The notes under the pieces were generated by a model that was given only the letters and a program-made list of their open reading frames with translations, had not been told where the DNA came from and did not search any database. This document shows, in pieces, positions 51,617-59,270 of a stretch of 64,000 nt of DNA (positions within the stretch are counted from its first letter, which is position 1; each line of letters begins with the position of its first letter). The stretch is from Candidatus Zixiibacteriota bacterium (GTDB taxonomy: Bacteria; Zixibacteria; MSB-5A5; GN15; FEB-12), in assembly GCA_049290195.1 (NCBI GenBank), contig JBATNE010000244.1, positions 145 through 64,144 on the forward strand, given 5' to 3'. The translations under genes were made by a program, and so were the position numbers.

Positions 51617-51664
51617 CGTGTGTCTCCTCTCATCTTTCAAAATTGTATTCAATTGTCTGTGTCG

Positions 51665-52432
51665 TTATTTCGCCGGAACAGTCACCGTCACGCTCGCGGA
51701 CGTGGTAAAGGCGACTGACTGACCCGGTCCGTAGACGAGATTCTGTCGTCCGGTCGCGGCTGCGGCACCGGTTCCGGCTGCGGCACCAACCGCCGCACCT
51801 ATCGCCGCGGCCTTCTTGCTCTTACCGGCGATAGCGCCGATCACGGCACCGGCAGCAGCGCCGCCGCCGATCATACCGACTTCACGCCGGGTGTGCGAGC
51901 GCCCTTCTTCGTAGAATTCACTCGTTGTCATCTGATGCACTGTTCCGCTCGGAGTCGTGATGGAGGAAACCGTGAAGCCGATTTCCGGTGGCGTCTTCAG
52001 CGTTCCCCCCTTGACCAATTTGGTAATGACCAGGTCGACATCCGATCCGGCCGGCAGGGCGACCTTGCCGGAGATGGTCACATTGGAGTCAAGTTTCCCC
52101 TTGAAATGATCCCCGATCTGATTGGAGTTCGTCTGCACCGAGTCGACCAACGAAACGAACAACTGGGTGGAATCAGGAATCGTCAGATGCGTCTCTTTTG
52201 GCGCAGCCGGCTTTGGCTTCGGTTTCGGCTCTTCGCTGGCAACGGCCGGTGTCTCCGTCTTTGCCGGCTCAGTCACGGGAGCCGCGACCGACTCCTGTGC
52301 TACCTGAGGAGTAGCAACTGTGTCGTGCATAGCGGTATCCTGGTTTTGAGCTTCGGTCTTCTCCTTGCCACATCCGGCAAGCCAAACGGTCAACGCCGTC
52401 AGGCAGACCATGAGGAAAAGGCGTTTGAGCAT
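51665..52432 (-). CDS. Lipoprotein with Pro/Ala/Lys-rich linker and C-terminal glycine-zipper segment
   Basis: Lipobox LAGC. Linker EEPKPKPKPAAPKE. Glycine zipper GGGAAAGAVIGAIAGKSKKAAAIGAAVGAAAGTGAAAATG. Confidence 0.65.
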   Translation of the reverse strand: MLKRLFLMVCLTALTVWLAGCGKEKTEAQNQDTAMHDTVATPQVAQESVAAPVTEPAKTETPAVASEEPKPKPKPAAPKETHLTIPDSTQLFVSLVDSVQTNSNQIGDHFKGKLDSNVTISGKVALPAGSDVDLVITKLVKGGTLKTPPEIGFTVSSITTPSGTVHQMTTSEFYEEGRSHTRREVGMIGGGAAAGAVIGAIAGKSKKAAAIGAAVGAAAGTGAAAATGRQNLVYGPGQSVAFTTSASVTVTVPAK

Positions 52433-52814
52433 TGTGTAAGTCCTTTCTCTATCCTTAGCGTACTATGGTCGAAGATATGGTGCTAAGGTCTTTCGGCATT
52501 TTATTGTACACAGTTCATAGACTTGTCGAACCCAAACTCACCAACTAACTTACCCGGCTGAATCCGGTTCGAACTAGTTGGATATTGGAGTTATTGGGTC
52601 CATTGCGGCCGTCAGATGATACGGCGCGCCGCGCAATTACTCAATTATTTTATCATCGAGCGAAAGTCCACGACCCGAGGAGTTCGTATTGAAAGTACAA
52701 GTTTTCAACGACTTGAGGCCAACAGAGACGAACCATCCCGCGCCCCCTGTTGTTACACAGTGCGGGACAGACACACCGGAACCAGCGGTCCCATAAGCAC
52801 GAAAAAGGAGCGAT

Positions 52815-54290
52815 GTGAAAAAGAACCTTCCCTCTACCCTGGGTGAACTGAAGAAGTCCGGCTGGGAAAGCCGCACAGTCAAAGATGAAATACGCCAGAA
52901 TCTCCTGCAGAAACTCCGGGCGGGGGAAAAGCCGTTTCCGGGGATTGTCGGATATGAGAAGACCGTCGTTCCGCAGCTGCAGAACGCCCTGTTATCTGAA
53001 CATAACTTCATTCTTCTCGGTCTGCGCGGACAGGCGAAGAGCAGAATCATTCGCCAGCTGGCGTCACTTCTCGATGAATGGCAGCCGTATCTGGCCGGCA
53101 CTTATCTCAATGAAGACCCTTACAAGCCGATCTCTCCCAAGGGTCAGGCGATTATCGCCGATCTCGGCGACAAAGCGCCGATCGAATGGAAATCCCGCGA
53201 AGAACGATACCACGAGAAACTCGCCACCCCCGATGTCTCTATCGCCGACCTGATCGGTGATATCGACCCGATCAAAGCCGCCCGTGAGAAACTGGATATC
53301 TCCAACGAGGAAGTCATCCACTGGGGAATCATCCCCAGAACCAACCGAGGTATATTCGCGATCAACGAACTCCCGGACCTTCAGCCGCGCATTCAAGTGG
53401 GTCTGCTGAATATCCTCGAAGAAAACGACATCCAGGTGCGCGGATTTCCGCTCCGGGTGCCGCTGGATATCATGATCGTTTTTTCTGCCAATCCCGAAGA
53501 TTACACCAATCGCGGCAATATTATCACGCCGCTCAAGGATCGTATCGACTCGCAAATTGTAACGCACTACCCGCGTACGCTCGAGGATGCCAAGGCGATC
53601 ACCGCTTCCGAGCATTCCGGCAAGGACAAGAATATCACGATTCCGGAACTGGTACGGGATATTGTCGAAGAGGTCTCCTTCCAGGCGCGCGCCAGTGAAT
53701 TTGTCGACCAGAGTTCCGGTGTATCGGCTCGAGTCTCGATCTCAGCCTTCGAGAACCTGCTTTCGAATATTGAGCGTCGCGCCCTCATGACCAACGACTC
53801 CGATCTTTATCCTCGGCTGACCGATTTGTATGCCATGATTCCATCGGTCACCGGAAAGATTGAACTCGTCTACGAGGGTGAGCAGGAAGGTTCAATTCTC
53901 GTCGCGCACGGTTTGATCGGCAAAGCGATAAACGCCGTCTTTCTTCAGCACTTCCCGGCCCCCACCAAGGAGAAACAGCATCCGGACCGCGCTTCTCACA
54001 ATCCGTATGAAGCGGTCATCGATTATTTCTCGACCGGCCAGAAGGTCGAGTTGGCCGATGATCTCCCGTTTGCCGAGTACAAGAAGCGGCTTGAGTCAGT
54101 CGCCGGTCTTCGCCAGATCGTGAAACAGAATTTCGACACTCCGGACGAACGGGAACTGCTCTTCCGCATGGAACTGGCGCTCGATGGTCTCCATCACAAC
54201 AACATCCTCGCGCGCGAAGAAGTCGATTCGCTGGTTCGGTACGCTGACATTTTCTCTGATATGCTGAAGGGGATGAGAGGAAATCAGTGA
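52815..54290 (+). CDS. AAA+ ATPase, Mg-chelatase subunit I (ChlI/BchI)-like
   Basis: AAGGAG SD and a GTG start. Walker A GLRGQAKS, Walker B-like IFAINELPDL, and sensor/arginine-finger region VFSANPEDYTNRGNIITPLKDR. Paired with a vWA gene by start/stop overlap. Confidence 0.8.
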   Translation: MKKNLPSTLGELKKSGWESRTVKDEIRQNLLQKLRAGEKPFPGIVGYEKTVVPQLQNALLSEHNFILLGLRGQAKSRIIRQLASLLDEWQPYLAGTYLNEDPYKPISPKGQAIIADLGDKAPIEWKSREERYHEKLATPDVSIADLIGDIDPIKAAREKLDISNEEVIHWGIIPRTNRGIFAINELPDLQPRIQVGLLNILEENDIQVRGFPLRVPLDIMIVFSANPEDYTNRGNIITPLKDRIDSQIVTHYPRTLEDAKAITASEHSGKDKNITIPELVRDIVEEVSFQARASEFVDQSSGVSARVSISAFENLLSNIERRALMTNDSDLYPRLTDLYAMIPSVTGKIELVYEGEQEGSILVAHGLIGKAINAVFLQHFPAPTKEKQHPDRASHNPYEAVIDYFSTGQKVELADDLPFAEYKKRLESVAGLRQIVKQNFDTPDERELLFRMELALDGLHHNNILAREEVDSLVRYADIFSDMLKGMRGNQ

Positions 54291-55378
54291 AATTCGTCTA
54301 CTCCAAGTGGGATGATGCCGCCTTTGCCCGCCTGAAGGATATCTCCGACCTGATGGCGATCTATCATTATCTGCTGATGCGCCTGAACGGCAATGTCCAG
54401 GAGACGCTGGATATGATGAAGCGGCTTCAGGAACAGGGAGTGCTCGATGAGAAATACGATCTCGAGGAACTTGAGAAGTTGCTTCAAGACTCAAATCTCG
54501 TCCGCCAGGGTCCCGATGGGCTCCGCCTGAGCCCAAAAGGGGAGCGCGGTTTGCGGCGCGATGCCTTCAACCAGATATTCGAGAAGCTCCGCACATCCGG
54601 TAAGGGAGACCACCGCCTTCCGCACGAAGGAGGGACGTCAGATGAACCTTTGCCCGAACGGCGCAGTTTCAATTTCGGCGACAACCCCGGGAATATCGAT
54701 TTCACCGCATCGCTGTTCAATTCCATCGTCCGGACCGGCGACCTCGGGCTTTCCATGCACGAAGATGATCTCGAAGTGTTCGAGTCTGAAAAGGCCGGCT
54801 CCTGCGCGACCGTTCTGATGATCGATATATCGCACTCGATGGTATTATATGGCGAGGATCGGATCACCCCGGCCAAGCAAGTGGCCATGGCCTTTACTGA
54901 ATTGATCCTCACCAAGTACCCCAAAGATGATCTGTCGATTGTCCTCTTTGGCGATGATGCCTGGGAGGTTTCGATCAAAGAGCTTCCCTATATCGGCGCC
55001 GGACCCTATCACACCAACACGCAGGCGGGATTGCGGGTGGCTCGCCAGATTCTGATGACCAAGAAGCACGCCAACAAGCAGATCTTCATGGTCACCGACG
55101 GTAAGCCCTCTATGATCACCCGCGCCAACGGACAGATCTACAAGAATCCGATGGGGCTGGATCCCCGCATAGTCAATCGCACACTCGATGAGGCGGTAAT
55201 CTGTCGCAAGAAGAAGATACCGATCACGACCTTCATGGTGACCGATGACCCCTATTTGCAGAAATTCGTCGAGCGGCTGACCGAATTGAACCGGGGGAGA
55301 GCCTATTTCGCTTCGGTTGACAACCTCGGCTCCTATGTCTTCTGGGACTTTGTCTCCAATCGCAAGAAGAAGAAATAG
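54287..55378 (+). CDS. von Willebrand factor A (vWA) domain protein
   Basis: MIDAS motif VLMIDISHSM (DxSxS) with later T and D positions (FMVTDGKPS). 363 aa. GTGA overlap with the ATPase stop. Confidence 0.8.
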   Translation: MKFVYSKWDDAAFARLKDISDLMAIYHYLLMRLNGNVQETLDMMKRLQEQGVLDEKYDLEELEKLLQDSNLVRQGPDGLRLSPKGERGLRRDAFNQIFEKLRTSGKGDHRLPHEGGTSDEPLPERRSFNFGDNPGNIDFTASLFNSIVRTGDLGLSMHEDDLEVFESEKAGSCATVLMIDISHSMVLYGEDRITPAKQVAMAFTELILTKYPKDDLSIVLFGDDAWEVSIKELPYIGAGPYHTNTQAGLRVARQILMTKKHANKQIFMVTDGKPSMITRANGQIYKNPMGLDPRIVNRTLDEAVICRKKKIPITTFMVTDDPYLQKFVERLTELNRGRAYFASVDNLGSYVFWDFVSNRKKKK

Positions 55379-55608
55379 GAGATCGTCGACTTGTTATATC
55401 AATCTCTACTTTTCTGATAGCTACAGGCACGCTTCACACGCAAATTCCTGACTCGTCCGGTTCGCACAGAAGGGGAACTTCCTTGACAAGATGGAGTCTT
55501 TCCGCGATGTTAGGTACGTAACCGCCCTGCGGTGAACGGGGCAACTAACCAAAGTGGGCCAATGTCGACGACTGGACGCCCGGTGGTATCGGGCGACTCT
55601 GATCAAGA

Positions 55609-56940
55609 ATGAAAGCGTCCCGATACAACATTACAGTCCCTCTTGTCTCCGGACAGACTCTCCTCTTTAACAGCGCTACCGTAGCCCTTGCGGAGATTGA
55701 CCCGGTCGATCTCTCTGATGTCACATATGTGCTGGCCGAACCGGAATCGGAGCGGTCCTCCCACCAGGAAGAAATCTTTCAGATACTGTGCGACGGCAAA
55801 TTTCTCGTCCCGGCAGAAATCGACGAACTGGCCGCCATGACCACGCGCAATCGGCTGCAACGATTTGGCGGCGATACTCTGTTTCTGACAATCGCGCCCA
55901 CGCTTGGCTGCAATTTCGACTGCCCCTACTGCTTTGAGAGCAGGAATTCCGCCGGCTCAATGGATGCGGAGACGGAACGAGCGCTTCTAGAATTCGCCCG
56001 TTCCCGCGTCCATGGCACAAAACAGATCCTGGTCACCTGGTTTGGCGGGGAACCTACTCTCTGTCTTGACCTGATCGAGCGGGTCCAGACCGCACTGCAG
56101 CGCCTTGCCCATGAGAAGTCCGTCTCGCTCCTGCCGGCATCGATGGTCACCAACGGCTATCTCCTCGATCGGGCCGCCGCCCGCCGCTTAAACGATCTCG
56201 ATATCAAGGATATCCAGATTACGCTCGATGGTCCCCGCGAATCGCATGACAGACGAAGAACACTGGTCGGTGGCGGACCGACTTTCGACCGCATCATCGC
56301 CAATATAGAGAGCGCGCTGGATCTCCTGCAGATCACGATCCGGATGAACATCGATCGCAGCAACTCCGACGCTGCTGTCGCGCTGACGCGCGAACTCAAT
56401 GACCGTGGCATTCTCGGCAAAGCGAATCTCTACTTTGCTCCCATTGCCGATGCCGGCGGCAGCTGTACCGATGTCAAAGGGCTATGTCTCGCTCCGGCGG
56501 CATTTTCCCACCTGCAGGTAGAGTTGTACCGACGTCTGCAACAGGAGGGGATAAATCACATGGAATACCCCATGCTGGCCCCAGGAGGACACTGCGGCGC
56601 CGACAGCGATAACTCATTTGTCATCTCTCCGTCGGGAGATCTATTCAAATGCTGGGAAGAGATTTCACTCGATCGCTCGCACTCTATCGGGTCGATCTTC
56701 TTCGAGGATCGCTCGCCGCGTCAACAAGCCAACAGAGACAAGTATCTGGCCTGGGACCCGCTCTCTCTGCCGACCTGTCAGCGCTGCAACGTGCTTCCAT
56801 TGTGTATGGGAGGATGCCCCCGACAGTCGCTCGATAAGGAGAAAATTCGCCGCGGTGCCTGTTGCTCGTGGAAATACAACCTATCCGATATGCTGGCAAT
56901 TCGCCACCACTCTGAACGCCGAAAGGAGGTGACATCGTGA
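55609..56940 (+). CDS. Radical SAM/SPASM peptide-maturase-like enzyme with ~95-aa N-terminal extension
   Basis: CNFDCPYC (Cx3Cx2C) cluster motif. SPASM auxiliary-cluster cysteines (CGADSDNSFVISPSGDLFKC ... CQRCNVLPLCMGGCP). The N-terminal SRYNITVPLVSGQTLLFNSATVALAEID pattern is typical of AslB-like peptide-modifying rSAMs. Confidence 0.9.
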   Translation: MKASRYNITVPLVSGQTLLFNSATVALAEIDPVDLSDVTYVLAEPESERSSHQEEIFQILCDGKFLVPAEIDELAAMTTRNRLQRFGGDTLFLTIAPTLGCNFDCPYCFESRNSAGSMDAETERALLEFARSRVHGTKQILVTWFGGEPTLCLDLIERVQTALQRLAHEKSVSLLPASMVTNGYLLDRAAARRLNDLDIKDIQITLDGPRESHDRRRTLVGGGPTFDRIIANIESALDLLQITIRMNIDRSNSDAAVALTRELNDRGILGKANLYFAPIADAGGSCTDVKGLCLAPAAFSHLQVELYRRLQQEGINHMEYPMLAPGGHCGADSDNSFVISPSGDLFKCWEEISLDRSHSIGSIFFEDRSPRQQANRDKYLAWDPLSLPTCQRCNVLPLCMGGCPRQSLDKEKIRRGACCSWKYNLSDMLAIRHHSERRKEVTS

Positions 56941-57026
56941 AGTTAGTGCAGAAACCCCAGACGCCGAGCGCCATTCCGTGCCCGTGCTACAAGAAGCTGT
57001 TTCTCATCATTCCGAGAGAAAGCTAA
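56937..57026 (+). CDS. Candidate 29-aa precursor peptide (not in ORF track): MKLVQKPQTPSAIPCPCYKKLFLIIPRES
   Basis: GAAAGGAGGTGA (56921-56932) is a 12-nt complement of the canonical 16S 3' tail. The GGAGG core lies 7 nt before GTG 56937. The GTG overlaps the rSAM stop (GTGA). The peptide has a CPC motif and a Pro-rich centre. The ORF sits between two rSAM/SPASM genes and is followed by a strong hairpin. Confidence 0.55.
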   Translation: MKLVQKPQTPSAIPCPCYKKLFLIIPRES

Positions 57027-57045
57027 GAATAGTTGATTCTGCTCA

Positions 57046-57073
57046 GGGGATGGAGACCTCATGGTCCATCCCC
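57046..57073 (+). promoter_or_regulatory. Strong stem-loop immediately after the small ORF (attenuator/processing-site candidate)
   Basis: GGGGATGG-AG-ACC TCAT GGT CCATCCCC (8+3 bp with a 2-nt bulge), followed by TCTTGAAAT. A second hairpin CGGGCGA-N10-TCGCCCG lies at 57083-57106. Confidence 0.45.
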
Positions 57074-57124
57074 TCTTGAAATGCGGGCGATGACGTTGTG
57101 TCGCCCGAGAACCGAAAGGACTGC

Positions 57125-58132
57125 ATGCGATCCGAACAGCCTGAAATGGTAGGCTGGGAAATAACCCGGCAGTGCAATCTCACCTGTCCGCACTGCTATA
57201 CGGCCGCGACCCGTCGACCTATGCCGGACCTGAGCACCCCTGAGTGCAAGGCCATTATCGACGATCTCGCAACCATGGGGACGCGATCGATCGGCTGGAC
57301 CGGCGGCGAACCGCTTCTGCGGGCTGATCTTGAAGAGATCGTAGCCTATGGAAAGGCAAAGGGGAATTTCCGTCAGGGAGTCACTACCAACGGCGTGCTG
57401 CTCGACGAATCACGCGCTCGCTCGCTCAAAGCGGCCGGCATCACCTACATCCAGATCAGTCTCGATGGTTCCAATCCGGAACAAAACATGATCATGCGGC
57501 GAATGACCGAAGATGAGTTCAACAAGATCATCGAGGCTGTCCGGATCTGCAAGCGGCTGGAGCTTACGCTTGATCTGGCCATGCTTCTGGGGCGCGACAC
57601 GATCGACGACGCCTGGGAGTTCATCAAGCTCGCCCGGCGCGAAGGGGTCAGCCATATTCGGTATTGCGGATTTGTCCCGTGGGGGAGAGGGAAGCAGAAG
57701 GATGTTGTGGAACGGCTTTTGTTCCGAGAGGACCGGGACAAGCTGCGGCAATTCGTGCTTGATGCAGCTGATATTAAGGATCCTATTCAGATGTTCGACC
57801 CTGCGTTCGGCCCGCTGCCTCCCAACTATGAATTCCATGACTGCATCGCAGGCAAGCAGATGCTCTATATCTCTTCCACCGGCGAGGTCTATCCCTGCAC
57901 CTCCCTTTTGGACAAGCAATTCTGTGTTGGGAATCTCCACCATCGGTCCATCCGCGAGCTTTGGAATGATCCCAAAATGACCGAAATGTCCGAATTTCCC
58001 TTTGAGAATATCCACGGCACTTGCCGGTCCTGCGAAACCTTCCCAGTTTGCCACGGTGGTTGCCGGGGAATAACTTACGCCCATACCCGCGATCTATTGG
58101 CCTCATTTCCGATGTGCCTCAAACAGGCCTGA
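57125..58132 (+). CDS. Radical SAM/SPASM enzyme, PqqE/MftC/NirJ-like (no N-terminal extension)
   Basis: CNLTCPHC cluster motif right at the N-terminus, GWTGGEPLL SAM motif, and SPASM cysteines (CIAGKQMLYISSTGEVYPC ... CRSCETFPVCHGGCRG). GAAAGGA SD before ATG 57125; the ORF track starts at GTG 57098. Confidence 0.9.
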   Translation: MRSEQPEMVGWEITRQCNLTCPHCYTAATRRPMPDLSTPECKAIIDDLATMGTRSIGWTGGEPLLRADLEEIVAYGKAKGNFRQGVTTNGVLLDESRARSLKAAGITYIQISLDGSNPEQNMIMRRMTEDEFNKIIEAVRICKRLELTLDLAMLLGRDTIDDAWEFIKLARREGVSHIRYCGFVPWGRGKQKDVVERLLFREDRDKLRQFVLDAADIKDPIQMFDPAFGPLPPNYEFHDCIAGKQMLYISSTGEVYPCTSLLDKQFCVGNLHHRSIRELWNDPKMTEMSEFPFENIHGTCRSCETFPVCHGGCRGITYAHTRDLLASFPMCLKQA

Positions 58133-58223
58133 TCCGACCTAACTGCCTACCCCTCAAGCGAATTCAGGATTCTGCCGATATCTATACGATCGGGTCCCAC
58201 TCGCACTAAAGGAGCTATGTTAG

Positions 58224-58685
58224 GTGATTTCTACTGGTGACCATCGCGGATTCACGCTGATCGAACTGGTCATTGTGATTGTGGTTTTGGGCATTTTGGC
58301 GAGCGTCGCTGTCCCCAAATACCGGGACGTCACCAACCAGGCCAAAGAAAGCGCCTGCCGATCATCGCTGTCTTCTCTGCGTCAGGGGATCGTCCTCTGG
58401 CAGGCAAATAATATCATTAAGACCGGGGTCAAAACATTTCCGCCAAGAGACAGCCTTGCTACCGTCGGCATCGTCATGTCTCAGACGATTCCGCCCAATC
58501 CCTTTCAAGATGATTCTAAAGCGCCTGATTCAATTGTGACTGGAGTCACCAAGGGTGTGGTAGTCGGGACTCGTGGCGGCTGGGCCTATAAGGCCAGTAC
58601 CGGCCAGATCTGGCCCAATACCAGCACTTCGGTCACCGTAACCGGCTGCGGCAGTCCCGTGTCGGTGGGCGAGAACACCTGGTAA
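58224..58685 (+). CDS. Prepilin-type N-terminal cleavage/methylation domain protein (type IV pilin / pseudopilin-like)
   Basis: Class III signal ...DHRG|FTLIELVIVIVVLGILASVAVPKY with Glu5. 153 aa. AAAGGAG SD 9 nt before the GTG start. Confidence 0.85.
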   Translation: MISTGDHRGFTLIELVIVIVVLGILASVAVPKYRDVTNQAKESACRSSLSSLRQGIVLWQANNIIKTGVKTFPPRDSLATVGIVMSQTIPPNPFQDDSKAPDSIVTGVTKGVVVGTRGGWAYKASTGQIWPNTSTSVTVTGCGSPVSVGENTW

Positions 58686-59270
58686 TTCGCCGATCCTCAC
58701 AATTCAGCGTAAGTCGCTAAACAATATCTATTTTAGCTACTTTCGAGCGTTTGACGCAGAGGCAAATAGTGGGCCAGCAGAGCCGGAATACAGCCAAATG
58801 ACGCACAGTTGCGAAAATTCAAATGTTGACAAAAATGCAAATGCGTCGATATTGCAAATAGTCGCGGAACATCTTACTCGCTGTGGGGAGCCATGCGCGT
58901 TTTGATATTTGTTTTGTCGCTCTTTGTGTATTGTCTGATTACTGCAGCCATTGGACTTCACCGAGCCTACACCGGGACCGTACACAAATTGATCTGATCC
59001 GGTTTTTGAGGACATTTTCTTATTCGCAAAGATATGCGTGCGTCGAGATTTTCCATTTCGACGCGGCTTAGTCGTGCGTGACTTCCGTATCTCCCTGATA
59101 CAATTGACGATTGGTGCCGCAGGAATAGCTGTTGCATTCCTTTTTACTATTTGTTAAATTATGGTTAATCAGGTCCGAATTGTCTGAAGTTTGAGCGAGC
59201 CGTTCGCCGCCGCTACGCACACTCTTTCTCCAGCCCTTGCCTTGGAAGGAACCGTTTACAAGAACTAGTT

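Noticed and set aside
52433-52814. 380-bp divergent intergenic region, examined for a structured RNA (6S, tmRNA, SRP, RNase P hallmarks)
   Set aside because: Only short generic hairpins (for example CCTTAGC-N22-GCTAAGG) and no hallmark motifs. It is most simply a pair of divergent promoters.
55562-55612. 16-codon ORF (MSTTGRPVVSGDSDQE) overlapping the rSAM-1 start (GAATGA) as an alternative precursor peptide
   Set aside because: It has only a weak SD-like AGTGGG, and no Cys/Tyr/Trp or other residues typically targeted by SPASM enzymes. The 29-aa ORF downstream has far stronger translation signals. It is kept only as a fallback hypothesis.
57410-58084. 224-aa minus-strand ORF within the second rSAM gene
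   Set aside because: It is antisense to a gene with clear Cx3Cx2C and SPASM motifs. It shows no protein-like features.
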